Below, piece after piece: positions 52,573 to 62,522 of a stretch of 64,000 nucleotides of DNA. A model generated the notes under the pieces. That model worked only from the letters and a program-made list of their open reading frames with translations, made no database searches and was not told the DNA's origin. Location of the stretch: NCBI GenBank assembly GCA_965197745.1, contig CBDANS010000007.1, positions 512,001-576,000 on the forward strand, written 5' to 3'. Made by a program: the position numbers and the translations under genes. How positions within the stretch are numbered: position 1 is the first letter of the stretch; each line of letters starts with the position of its first letter. Source of the stretch: Opitutales bacterium (lineage in GTDB: Bacteria; Verrucomicrobiota; Verrucomicrobiia; Opitutales; PNEW01).

Positions 52573-53511
52573 TCAGGGCTTCCAGGTTTTCAGCAACTTG
52601 GCGTATTCCCTGGCCTGACCGACGATATCCACTCCCACTTCATCGGACCATGCCTCAAGCAATCTTTTATAGATGGATCCCGGTTTTCCATCGCCGACGG
52701 GATGAGTATCAAACCGTGTAACCGGGACCATACTGATTGTTGTCGAAGTAGACCAGGCTTCATCTGCGGCGCGCACATCGTAAGGTTCAATATCAGCTTC
52801 ATGGACAGGGATCTCGAGTTTAGTGGCCAGGTCCATGCACATATGGCGTGATACGCCGCGCAGAATGTGATGCGGTTTCGGGGTATATATCTCCCCATCC
52901 TTTGCCATGAAAAAGTTGTTACCAGTTCCCTCCGTTATGAAACCATGTTCATCGGTAAGTAAAGCGCCCGCTGTTTTATCCATTTGATTAGCCTGAAATC
53001 CGGCGATAGCGTAAAAAATCCGACTGCGATTTTTGCACTTTGGATCAATGTAGCGCGAGGGCACAGATTGTTGCGCAGGGACAATTAAATGGGCTCCTTT
53101 CTCATAGGAATCAACCTGGTTTCCGAGGTGGCGAATGAGGGGAATCACATTAATAGAGATGATGGGTTTGGTCCCTTCTTTAATCAGGGTTTCGTAGATG
53201 CCTAACCCCCCTCGAGTGACATCGTGCATGATCTGGAAATCATAGCCCTCGAGCATCGGCAGATTGCGCTCAATCGTTTGATTGGTGGCCTCTTCCATCT
53301 CGTCAATGGTTAAGGGGCAATCGATGTGAGCGTAGCGAATGGATGCATAAAGGCGCTCTAAATGTTCGCGCAGCCTAAAAGGTATCTGATTGAAAGTGCG
53401 TGTCATTTCAAAGACCATATCCCCGACCATCAGGGCACTGTCAAAAATTGATATTCGCGCTTCAATTTCGGGTATGAAGTCACCGTTAAAATAAACTAAT
53501 CGTTGGGACAT
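52573..53511 (-). CDS. Class IV PLP aminotransferase (IlvE/Dat-like)
   Basis: GDMVFEMTR, FRLREHLERL, DPKCK, EGTGNNFF, ILRGVSR. Confidence 0.9.
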   Translation of the reverse strand: MSQRLVYFNGDFIPEIEARISIFDSALMVGDMVFEMTRTFNQIPFRLREHLERLYASIRYAHIDCPLTIDEMEEATNQTIERNLPMLEGYDFQIMHDVTRGGLGIYETLIKEGTKPIISINVIPLIRHLGNQVDSYEKGAHLIVPAQQSVPSRYIDPKCKNRSRIFYAIAGFQANQMDKTAGALLTDEHGFITEGTGNNFFMAKDGEIYTPKPHHILRGVSRHMCMDLATKLEIPVHEADIEPYDVRAADEAWSTSTTISMVPVTRFDTHPVGDGKPGSIYKRLLEAWSDEVGVDIVGQAREYAKLLKTWKP

Positions 53512-53770
53512 ATTTTTCTCCGTTGTGTGTTATGGTTAAGAGTTAAGCAAGGTGCAAGACACATGAACTATCATTGCAACAGCCATTTTGACAATACGGT
53601 TTTTTATTTATTAGAGAATTTAATCAGGTAGAAGTGCCAATAGTTGCCGCGCCATGGTCTGGAAATGCGCAATCTAATTATTTACCCTATAATATTTTTT
53701 AATAGAAGTTTATATAAATTGCTTTTTTGACGGTTAAAGATTATAAAAGAAGCAAAATTAAATAAGAAAA

Positions 53771-54097
53771 GTGAAGGACTATAATCAAATTCGAAGTGAA
53801 CTGGATCACAAGCGTGTAGAAGTTGAGCAACGCCTTAACAAGATTAAAGAGGATAGGCGCCATACAAATAAACCGCTGGACACCAATTTGGAAGAACAGG
53901 CGGTGGAGCGCGAAAATGATGAAGTGCTCGATGCTTTAGACATTACCCTTCGCAAGGAAGTTGAAATGATCAACACCGCCTTGGCGCGGATGGAGCAGGG
54001 AGTTTACGATAAATGCGCACTCTGTGGCATTGTCATTCCGGAGGAAAGGCTTGAGGCGCTTCCCTATACCGATTGCTGTGTCTCCTGCGCTTCTTAA
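53771..54097 (+). CDS. TraR/DksA C4-type zinc finger protein
   Basis: Coiled coil; CALCG..IPEERLEALP...CVSCA. Confidence 0.9.
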   Translation: MKDYNQIRSELDHKRVEVEQRLNKIKEDRRHTNKPLDTNLEEQAVERENDEVLDALDITLRKEVEMINTALARMEQGVYDKCALCGIVIPEERLEALPYTDCCVSCAS

Positions 54098-54143
54098 AAA
54101 TCACTTTTGCTGAAATATTCTGGAATTGAAAGGATCGAATACG

Positions 54144-54560
54144 ATGGATCTTAAATCATATAATAAAACCATGCTGGATGCCGTTAAAAAAACCATTCTC
54201 GCCGGAATTGGAGCAACGGTCACGACCAAGGAAAAAGCTGAAGTAGTTCTTAAAGAACTCGTGGATAAAGGTAATATTACCGCTAAAGAAGCTCGGGTGA
54301 TGGGTAATAAAATTGCCAGGGGCAGCAAAAAGGAATTCGAAGAAAGTAAGAAAAAACTGGAGAAACATTATAAGGATGCTCTCAGTACTCTCAGCAAAGC
54401 CAAGGTAGTGTCGAATGCTGAACATGTAGCATTGGAGAAACGGGTGCGATTACTTGAGGCTAAATTGGATGGAAAAAAAACCGGTAAAAAAGCCGCTCGA
54501 AAGAAGAAAGTAATCTCCAAAAAGAAAACCTCGAAGAAAAAGACTAAGAAAAAGAAATAA
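54144..54560 (+). CDS. Phasin-like (PhaF/PhaI-like) protein with Lys-rich tail
   Basis: KKTILAGIGA..TTKEKAE..LKELVDKG; basic C-terminus. Confidence 0.65.
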   Translation: MDLKSYNKTMLDAVKKTILAGIGATVTTKEKAEVVLKELVDKGNITAKEARVMGNKIARGSKKEFEESKKKLEKHYKDALSTLSKAKVVSNAEHVALEKRVRLLEAKLDGKKTGKKAARKKKVISKKKTSKKKTKKKK

Positions 54561-54646
54561 AAAGGAGCTTCGAGGTTTTAAATCCTGCGCGGATTTTAAT
54601 TAAACCGGGGATGACGCGGATGTAGCGGATGAATTAGGAATTGAAT

Positions 54647-54782
54647 GACCGCGGATTACACGGATTGATATGGATGATATGTTATGGAGTGTAAGATTCG
54701 CGAATAGGCACGCGATTTCGGGGCGACAAATGGACATCCCCCATATCGCCGTCTGAGAAACTTATCCGTGTAATCAGCGGTC
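54647..54782. repeat. 136-bp element with 19-bp terminal inverted repeats built of 9-mer units
   Basis: GACCGCGGATTACACGGAT / ATCCGTGTAATCAGCGGTC (18/19 complementary). Confidence 0.75.
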
Positions 54783-54783
54783 C

Positions 54784-55656
54784 TCAGATCTCAACCCCTA
54801 AGAAGGAACGAATGAGATACCCGATGATGAAACTGATCATTGCTACGATAAGACTCAGTCCAGCCATTTCAAAAAAACGTTTTTTAAACGACACCTCGTT
54901 TACCACGGAGATATAGTAATTAAAAATGGCGATAATGAAAAATGCCAGAACTAAGGTAGAAGCTAAACAGAGGTATAAGTTTTCCATAAGAAGATAGGGG
55001 AGAATAAGGATAAATACGGTTACAATATAAGCAATTCCTGTATATATTGAGGCGGTCACCGGATTCCTTGTACTACCTTCAGTCTTTTTGGAGAGATACT
55101 CCGATGCTCCCATGGACATGGCTGCAGCAATGCCCATGATCAATCCGGCCAGGGCGATAAGTTTGGTGTTTTGAAATGCCAGGGTCAGACCCGCTAAGGC
55201 TCCCGTTAATTCTACGAGTGCGTCATTGAGACCTAATACCATAGAACCTAAATAGCGAAGCCGTTCTTCCTCCAGGAGCGTGATCAATTCATTCTCATGA
55301 TCATTTTCATCCTGAATCATGGCGTCCACTTCTTGAAACTTCTCGCGCAAATGTTCATAGCTATCTATTGCGCGCACTTCCTCTTTCTCCATGAGCTTGA
55401 TGCCAAATGTCATCCCGAATATTTTGCTGATTATAAAATATTTCCATAGTTTCAGTTTATCAGGTTTAACCTCCTGCCGGGTATATGACTGCCAATCCTG
55501 GTAGTGGCGCAGTTCGTCATCCGCTATCTTTTCTAAAATACGTCGATTTTCAGGAGATTTGGCGCTAATTGCCAATCGCTTGTAAACATGGTGTTCGGTA
55601 ATTTCATCTCTCTGGTAAACCAGCAGCTTTTCAAGGGTATTCTCACTTATATTCAT
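54784..55656 (-). CDS. Rubrerythrin-domain VIT1/CCC1 family membrane protein
   Basis: ExxH motifs (DELRH, ENDH); VLGLNDALVELTG, SMGASEYLS. Confidence 0.88.
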   Translation of the reverse strand: MNISENTLEKLLVYQRDEITEHHVYKRLAISAKSPENRRILEKIADDELRHYQDWQSYTRQEVKPDKLKLWKYFIISKIFGMTFGIKLMEKEEVRAIDSYEHLREKFQEVDAMIQDENDHENELITLLEEERLRYLGSMVLGLNDALVELTGALAGLTLAFQNTKLIALAGLIMGIAAAMSMGASEYLSKKTEGSTRNPVTASIYTGIAYIVTVFILILPYLLMENLYLCLASTLVLAFFIIAIFNYYISVVNEVSFKKRFFEMAGLSLIVAMISFIIGYLIRSFLGVEI

Positions 55657-55835
55657 TATTTGCGCCTAATATGTATATCTACAATAGACGAAGCAATGAA
55701 TAAGGCAATATGCCGTGAATGAATATGGCTTAAGTTACACCAGTGGGAATTAACTCCCAATAAACTTTATTGAATGCCCTCATTAAATAGTGAAAGATAG
55801 CATTCGGCCCTTATGGGCTGTACGGGTCTTGATTT

Positions 55836-56312
55836 TCAAAGCGAATGCAGGGCTACCCCAATTTTTTTTAAAGGGCAGTAATGGTCAGCGTCGTTCTGAC
55901 AGCAGGTATCGATTTCTTCGTGTATGAGACGGACAAGGGCATTTTCCACGAATTTTTTTCCTACCGATTGTTCTATATCGGATAATTTATCAACATGAAA
56001 ATCATCTGCATCTAATACCTCAAATATTGCCATTACCCCTGACCGGTACAACTCGGCACACGCATATTTTCCAGGTTCACAGGACAAGGTGTAGTCGATG
56101 AACTCGGTTAATGGTGGGCGATCTTTGGCGGGCTTATTATTCAGCAGCAACAGGCCTAAAAGTTCTTCAAACAGGGCTTGGAGATAATCAAAAGAAATCT
56201 CTCCATGGGTCTTATCTGTATTACTGAAAGGTAAGTCTATTTCCGTAAACCAGTTCTCAAGTATAAGATCTTTATTTTGTAATAATAATCTGACTAGTTT
56301 CCTGTTCATCAA
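55836..56312 (-). CDS. Hypothetical helical protein, RsbRD_N/globin-like N-terminus, Cys-rich C-terminus
   Basis: LLLQNKDLILENW pattern; CEPGKYAC, CCQNDADHYCP. Confidence 0.55.
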   Translation of the reverse strand: MMNRKLVRLLLQNKDLILENWFTEIDLPFSNTDKTHGEISFDYLQALFEELLGLLLLNNKPAKDRPPLTEFIDYTLSCEPGKYACAELYRSGVMAIFEVLDADDFHVDKLSDIEQSVGKKFVENALVRLIHEEIDTCCQNDADHYCPLKKIGVALHSL

Positions 56313-56347
56313 GTATTTTGAGAAATTTACTTAAATTAACACTTTTC

Positions 56348-56821
56348 TTAGTTATTCACAACGAAGGTAATAGAGGATCTATTGTTTAAGTTAAGATCAC
56401 TCAATGAATGAGTTTCTCTTTGAATAATAATATTCATAGCTTCGATTATCCTCTGATTATATAAATTAATTTCTTTATCAGTGTAATATTCATAAGGGCG
56501 TTCTACTTTCTTTAATATATCCTGGAATGATTTTAAACCCGCCACATAGAGTATGTTGCATACATCTTTATCGGGGTCATTTGAAGTTTTCTTATTGATA
56601 TAATGACAAAGCGGACGTCGGAATGGGCTACTTGTCCAGGCTTTGCCATTCAAATCGTGGAGCATGGCTATAATTTCATTGAAAGTGTCCTCCAATAAAT
56701 CGCGATAAACAGATTCCGTTCTTAAAGGACCACTCTCAGGATTTGACTCAAGATTGCGTCTCCACCTCATGATAATTCGTCTTTTGTTTTCAATCAGATA
56801 ACTGCATAAATTGAGTTTCAT
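56348..56821 (-). CDS. Hypothetical helical protein, RsbRD_N/globin-like; probable distant paralogue of 55836..56312
   Basis: YLIENKRRIIMRW; CNILYVAGL vs CAELYRSGV; IIQRET vs LIHEEI. Confidence 0.55.
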   Translation of the reverse strand: MKLNLCSYLIENKRRIIMRWRRNLESNPESGPLRTESVYRDLLEDTFNEIIAMLHDLNGKAWTSSPFRRPLCHYINKKTSNDPDKDVCNILYVAGLKSFQDILKKVERPYEYYTDKEINLYNQRIIEAMNIIIQRETHSLSDLNLNNRSSITFVVNN

Positions 56822-57071
56822 GGATTAATCATAGGCTTAACTGATCGTTTTCGCTCCGCAAGCGTTCGCCATATTTATGCATATTTTGTCCTCATCATCG
56901 TTTGTTTCAAAAATCTCAGTAGGGGACATAAAGTGAGAGATAAGATGCGTTTATTAAATTAGTTAACCCTTGAATTTACATATGGAATTCGATAAATTCA
57001 CTTAATGTTCTGGCTAAGGTAATAAATGATTATCCCTTTATTTAATACGGGGATATCCGGTAAAGGTATCA

Positions 57072-57983
57072 ATGATTTCGAAGTTCAACTCAGAACGGTC
57101 TTCATTAAAACGAAGCCGGGAAATAGTTAAACGTTTATCGCGGTCAAAAATATACCGTGATTATGAGAAAGCCTTTACTGAAGCTACGGGCTTACCCTTG
57201 GCAATACGGCCGATGGAGACCTTTCAATTAGCGCTGAGTGGTAAGAAGGAAGAGAATTTATTTTGCGCATTAATGGCGGACAGCAATAAAAGCTGTGCGC
57301 AGTGTTTACAAATACAGGCCAAGCTGGAGCAGGAAGCGCAGATTAAACCAAAGACGCTGAAATGTTTTGCCGGTCTCTGTGATTCCATCGCTCCCATTCG
57401 AGTAGGCGATAACCTCATCGCCTTTTTACAGACAGGGCAGGTTCTTCTGCATCAACCAAACAAGCTGGAGTTCAATAAAATCACGCGCCAGCTTTTATCC
57501 TGGGGAACAAAGGTTGATCTCAAGCGGTTAGAAGAGGCCTACTTTCAATCTCATGTTCTGCCCCCAAAACAATACGAGGCATTTATCCATTTATTGTCTA
57601 CCTTTGCCGAACATCTCGCGGCAATCAGTAATAAACTTATGGTTGAAGAGGAACATGCTGAACCTGAAATGATTATTAAAGCCCGCCGATATATTACGGA
57701 TCATTACGAAACACCGCTCTCTCTGGGGGACGCTGCGCGTGCGGTTAATACAAGTGTGCATTATTTCTGCAAGATGTTCAAACAGGCTACGGGTATAACA
57801 TTCACCGATTATCTCACTCGCATTCGGGTCGAAAAAGCTAAAAATCTACTTATTAATCCTAACAAGCGGATAAGCGAAGTCGCATTTGATGTAGGCTTTG
57901 AATCGCTCTCTCAGTTTAATCGTTCGTTTAAGCGAATTACCGGTAAGTCACCAACCGATTATCGGAAGAATGTGAATCATTAA
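57072..57983 (+). CDS. PocR ligand-binding domain AraC-family regulator
   Basis: FTEATGLP, FC...C..C, CFAGL, GQV; C-terminal AraC HTH (VGFESLSQFNRSFK). Confidence 0.9.
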   Translation: MISKFNSERSSLKRSREIVKRLSRSKIYRDYEKAFTEATGLPLAIRPMETFQLALSGKKEENLFCALMADSNKSCAQCLQIQAKLEQEAQIKPKTLKCFAGLCDSIAPIRVGDNLIAFLQTGQVLLHQPNKLEFNKITRQLLSWGTKVDLKRLEEAYFQSHVLPPKQYEAFIHLLSTFAEHLAAISNKLMVEEEHAEPEMIIKARRYITDHYETPLSLGDAARAVNTSVHYFCKMFKQATGITFTDYLTRIRVEKAKNLLINPNKRISEVAFDVGFESLSQFNRSFKRITGKSPTDYRKNVNH

Positions 57984-58028
57984 TCTTATAATTGATTAAA
58001 TGATAGGATTTGAAAACGGATTGCAGAA

Positions 58029-59273
58029 TTAAAAGCTGTAAACTGATTGCAACCAGAATTTCTCCTGGTCGGCAAATATGCCATCACTATAGAAAAAGGC
58101 ATATTTGGCCAGGACCGACCAATGCTTATCGATTTTTTTAGAGATTACGGCATCGATTTCATTGCCATAATCTGTGTCCCCTTGATCAGAATTAAACCAG
58201 TGATAAACCGCTTTGACTGAGATGTTCTTAGCGAGGGAGATCCCGGCTGCGAAATAAATGTCTTCCAGTCCTTGTGGCGGGGTATTCAGAAATACATCAG
58301 CCCATCCATTATAGGCATGCAAAGTCGCCAGTGGGGTGCGAAATCCCTGATCGTTATCACTACCCAAAAGTTCATAACCGCCGCCAATGCTGAATTTCTG
58401 GTATAAACACGTTGCATTGAAGGAATAGTAATTTGCTTCGTAGTCAGCGGGGTTTTCACCGCCGTCTCTTTGATGCGCAAACTCACCGTGTAATGTAATT
58501 TTTGTATTTTCCTGTATTTTAATTGTTCGATCAAGGCTCGCTCCAATAGTGTTGCCTGAATTAGCAGGGGCATTCTCTAGATCTAAAAGGTATGCGTAGA
58601 GTGTTACCCTGGCATCGCGCAGACCCGCGTATGCCACATTAACGAGGTGTGAACTTGACGAAAATTCACGGTGACTATCGAGCGGGGCGTCATGACCAAA
58701 GATACGATGCACTTTATTAATGAATCCGTAGTAAAGAGTCAGATCGGACAGGTTCTGGTTTTTAAAGGTAACAGCATCGTAGGTCTGCTCATTCTGACGC
58801 CAACCGACGTTTCCAATGAAACGATCTTTGTCCAGTTTGATGCGTTGGCGGCCAATAATTGCCTCTGTCTTGAAACCCGATAGGTTTAACTGGGCTCGAT
58901 TCAACTCAGTTCCCTCGGGATCAGCAATCACCGTTCTGCCAGGCCGAGGGTAGGGGTTGAAGTTACCCTCTGATCCAATCACGCGAACATCCTCCATTTC
59001 TACTAAAGCAGAAATTCCATATATAGTCCCGGTTTTAAAGCCCAGTCGCGTCCGCAGTGTCACAGCGTTAGAATCATCGCGACCACCCTGATTCGCATAT
59101 TCATAGCGGGGGCGGACATTCAGAAGAATTTTGCTCTCCTTTATTAAAGTAGGAAATGTTTCTTTCTTGAAAATCTGGCTTGGGTCTAAGCCTTCTTCAG
59201 CGTTACTATGGAATACGAATAATCCCGATAAAACTATAAAAAATGAGGCGATGAATTTGTTTAATATATTCAA
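58029..59273 (-). CDS. Alginate-export-family outer-membrane porin
   Basis: Signal peptide; RPRYE, GRQRI, GNVGWRQNEQTYDA, TPLATLHAYNGWAD; terminal Phe. Confidence 0.82.
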   Translation of the reverse strand: MNILNKFIASFFIVLSGLFVFHSNAEEGLDPSQIFKKETFPTLIKESKILLNVRPRYEYANQGGRDDSNAVTLRTRLGFKTGTIYGISALVEMEDVRVIGSEGNFNPYPRPGRTVIADPEGTELNRAQLNLSGFKTEAIIGRQRIKLDKDRFIGNVGWRQNEQTYDAVTFKNQNLSDLTLYYGFINKVHRIFGHDAPLDSHREFSSSSHLVNVAYAGLRDARVTLYAYLLDLENAPANSGNTIGASLDRTIKIQENTKITLHGEFAHQRDGGENPADYEANYYSFNATCLYQKFSIGGGYELLGSDNDQGFRTPLATLHAYNGWADVFLNTPPQGLEDIYFAAGISLAKNISVKAVYHWFNSDQGDTDYGNEIDAVISKKIDKHWSVLAKYAFFYSDGIFADQEKFWLQSVYSF

Positions 59274-59299
59274 TCGTAAAGATTTATTTATTAACAGAT

Positions 59300-60004
59300 T
59301 TACTTTTGCTTTATGGAAAAGAGATTAGCAGCGATAGCTTTTTTTATTGTCTCAATTGTTTTAGAGGGATCAGTACCGAGTCCATTTTGTTGTGAAAGAA
59401 TTTCTCCCTCTTGATTGAGAACAGAAATAATGTTTGAATGAGAAAAATCGCCCGTTGAGGTTTTCTTATAGCGTACTCCCAGCAAATTCGCTGCTTCCAT
59501 AACATCCTGATCATTACCATGCATTAATGTCCATTGATGAGAATTCAGCTCCATTTTTATGCTGTATTTCTTTAATTTTTCAGGAGTATCTCTATCCGGA
59601 TCCATGGAAATTAAGACAAATCCTACCTTTTGTTTTTCGTTTTCCGGAATGAGCGACTCGATTCGTTTCATATCAGATACGATGCGGGGACAGGCATACT
59701 GACAGCTTGTATATATTATAGATAAAACCTGTACGCGCCCCCTGAGCTCCCCGAAAGCCATCTTCTCTCCATCCTCGTTTAACCAGGTGGATTCAACCTG
59801 GTAAATGGATCCATCGGTATAATTATTCGTTCCCTCTAATGCCATGTTCTCTAATGGTTGTGTTGTATGATCATGAGGATTATTAACTATTTCTTTTTTC
59901 TCTGTATGAGGATGTTGAGATTGTAGAGCAGTACCCGATGAAGAAATGACAATCAGGCATAAGAGTATAAGGTTAGTTAAATACTTTATGACATTAATCT
60001 TCAC
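59300..60004 (-). CDS. SCO1/SenC copper chaperone
   Basis: YTSCQYACP (CxxxC), DPDRDTPE, FSHSN; His-rich N-terminus. Confidence 0.9.
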   Translation of the reverse strand: MKINVIKYLTNLILLCLIVISSSGTALQSQHPHTEKKEIVNNPHDHTTQPLENMALEGTNNYTDGSIYQVESTWLNEDGEKMAFGELRGRVQVLSIIYTSCQYACPRIVSDMKRIESLIPENEKQKVGFVLISMDPDRDTPEKLKKYSIKMELNSHQWTLMHGNDQDVMEAANLLGVRYKKTSTGDFSHSNIISVLNQEGEILSQQNGLGTDPSKTIETIKKAIAANLFSIKQK

Positions 60005-60804
60005 TTTTGTTCATTTATCTCAGGTTTAATATCTCTTGCACACCTGAACCCAAGATTGGCTATCGTGTAGTGTGCTTTCAGACTGCTTCGGAAACCGTAG
60101 CGCATAAAGGCTGCATAGTCTTTAAAATCTGAAGCGCCGATAGATGCGCTACCACAATAAAATTGGCGGTCTAATCCTGAATCTGCTCTTGATTCTCCCG
60201 TCACCAGTGCGGTGTTGAAATCAGCAACCCACTCCCAGATTAATCCATGTAGATCATATAGCCCCCAATAATTTTTAAATGTTGAGCCCACTGAAGGAAA
60301 TTTTACGGGGGTGGGTTTGCTATACCAGTTAAGGATGCGCTGAAGAAATTCAGGATCATTACGACCATAGGGCTGCATCTCACTTGCTGCAGCTACATAT
60401 TCCCACTCCGCTAAGGTCGGTAGGCGTTTCCCTTTCCACTTAGCGTATGCTCTTGCGGCATACCATGAAATGCAGGTGACCGGGCTGTTCTTTATTAAAT
60501 TTTTTTCATCGCCCAGTTCCAGATCGCCAGGCCAATGCTGCAAATAAGTATTATCAGCAAATATTTTCTTTATCTGCGATCGTCTCCATTGAGGATTGAC
60601 TTTAACAAATTCCAAGAATTCGGAATTTGTAACTGGATATCTATCGATTAAAAAAGCACCTACACTTATTATATCGGGATCATTTTCACTGGTATAAAGT
60701 GGGGAAAATGTGCCATCGAGAATATAGACTAATGAATCCGTTTCCTGACCGGAAGTGATTGAAATCAGGAGTAGTAAGCTGACATATCCATTATGCCATA
60801 TCAT
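60001..60804 (-). CDS. FGE-sulfatase domain protein (NirV-like)
   Basis: PVTNSEF, RLPTLAEWEY, YDLHGLIWEW, LGFRCA; directly after nirK. Confidence 0.85.
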   Translation of the reverse strand: MIWHNGYVSLLLLISITSGQETDSLVYILDGTFSPLYTSENDPDIISVGAFLIDRYPVTNSEFLEFVKVNPQWRRSQIKKIFADNTYLQHWPGDLELGDEKNLIKNSPVTCISWYAARAYAKWKGKRLPTLAEWEYVAAASEMQPYGRNDPEFLQRILNWYSKPTPVKFPSVGSTFKNYWGLYDLHGLIWEWVADFNTALVTGESRADSGLDRQFYCGSASIGASDFKDYAAFMRYGFRSSLKAHYTIANLGFRCARDIKPEINEQK

Positions 60805-60837
60805 GTATTTATGATATTTTTTAATTAGATACTATTA

Positions 60838-62289
60838 TTAGTTTGCTAAAGGAGAGCGCAATGCCTGCACATCAGAAGGTTTAACATTACCGAATTCGTT
60901 TCCCCAACTATTCATAATGTAGGTCATGACATTGGCAATTTCCTGGTCGCTTAACAGAACTTTTGGCATGACTCCATCATACGCTATGCCGTTAACCTTT
61001 ATTTTTCCACTTAAGCCATTCAAAACTGAATCAATCGCTCGAGAGATATCTTTTTCCAGGAAATCGGAATCAGCCAATGGTGGAAAAGCACCGGGGATTC
61101 CCAACCCGTTAGGCTGATGGCAAGCTGCGCAATTTTGTATGTAGGTACGACTGCCAATTTCTATCTTCTCAGCTATTGAGAGGATTTTTGATTCCTGTAG
61201 TGATTCTTCGATAGCAATTTTCTGAATCGCCCCACCTTCTGGCAGATAAACCTCCTCTGCTTGACGTCCGGAGTAAATATCAAGATTTTCTTCGCCGCTC
61301 ACCTTTAACATTCCTAGCGCACCCTTGTTGAAAGCCCTGAAAATAGAATGATCAACCAGGATATAGGTGCCGGGAACATTTACCTTGAATTCTACAATAG
61401 CTGATCCTCCTGCAGGAACAAGTGTCGATTGGACATTTTCCTGATTAGGTAAAGTACCACCTTCCGTATAGACGATGTCAAAAATTTCACCAATGACATG
61501 AAAGGAGGATACGAGATTGGGTCCCCCATTACCGATATATAAACGTACCGTTTCACCAACTTCTGCGATGATAGCGTTATCACCTACGAGCGACCCAACA
61601 GAACCATTAAAGACAACGTATTCTGGTCGTTCATCCAGGGCTTTTTGCATATCAAAGGGTTGTAATCCATCTTCTCCATAGTTTCCTCGCGTGTAGAATT
61701 CACTTTGCATGATATAATATTCACGGTCTACAGTCGGAAATCCTTCTTCAGGTTCGACAAGGATTAATCCATACATTCCATTTGCGATGTGCATACCAAC
61801 AGGCGCAGTCGCGCAATGATAGACAAAAAGACCAGGGTTAATTGCCTTAAACGAAAACACTGATGCTTTGCCCGGAGCTGTAAAAGATGAAGTTGCTCCA
61901 CCTCCGGGCCCTGTCACGGCATGCAAATCGATATTATGGGGCATTTTACTTGTGGGATGATTCTTAAGATGAAATTCAACGAAATCGCCTATACGGACAC
62001 GGATGAATTTTCCTGGTACCCGTCCTCCAAAAGTCCAGAAAGTGTATGTCACACCATCAGCCAGTCTACCTTCCAATTCTAGTGTCTCCAACTGGATGAC
62101 AACTTTTGCTGGATGGTCTCTATTAATCGGAGGAGGAACATGGGGGGAATAGCTAAGATTTACTGTTTCCGTCCCGTCTTGTTCCCTGGGATATGTAGGT
62201 GAGGCAAACAGAGAGATTAGTATTATTCCCATGAGGAAATGACGGATTAATTTTATATAATTAATTTGAATGGTAAGGGCCGCTATCAT
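60838..62289 (-). CDS. nirK: Copper-containing nitrite reductase with C-terminal cytochrome c domain
   Basis: [41 protein letters not shown] haem motif. Confidence 0.95.
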   Translation of the reverse strand: MIAALTIQINYIKLIRHFLMGIILISLFASPTYPREQDGTETVNLSYSPHVPPPINRDHPAKVVIQLETLELEGRLADGVTYTFWTFGGRVPGKFIRVRIGDFVEFHLKNHPTSKMPHNIDLHAVTGPGGGATSSFTAPGKASVFSFKAINPGLFVYHCATAPVGMHIANGMYGLILVEPEEGFPTVDREYYIMQSEFYTRGNYGEDGLQPFDMQKALDERPEYVVFNGSVGSLVGDNAIIAEVGETVRLYIGNGGPNLVSSFHVIGEIFDIVYTEGGTLPNQENVQSTLVPAGGSAIVEFKVNVPGTYILVDHSIFRAFNKGALGMLKVSGEENLDIYSGRQAEEVYLPEGGAIQKIAIEESLQESKILSIAEKIEIGSRTYIQNCAACHQPNGLGIPGAFPPLADSDFLEKDISRAIDSVLNGLSGKIKVNGIAYDGVMPKVLLSDQEIANVMTYIMNSWGNEFGNVKPSDVQALRSPLAN

Positions 62290-62522
62290 TTCAAGTAATA
62301 CATATTTATTGGTTTATATTTATCAAAATACTATCTCAGAAATCATGAATCTCCGCTACGCATACTTTCACAAATATTAAGCAAATATTGTCCCTCTATC
62401 TTTAATGGGTTATAGACTCTGAAAATTGTTAATTTAAAAAAATGCACAGTTTTGATTAAGTTATGCGAAGCGCGAATGATTGAATTGGTTATAGTATATT
62501 AAATACCAAAATTAATAATATC

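Noticed and set aside
62313..62326. FNR/DNR box TTTAT-ATTT-ATCAA upstream of nirK
   Set aside because: Mismatch at the conserved G, very AT-rich context, and only about 24 nt from the annotated start; not supportable alone
62380..62395. Sigma-54 promoter (AGGGAC-N5-TTGC) upstream of nirK
   Set aside because: Poor match to TGGCAC, and the sister motif near 56891 lacks the invariant GG position
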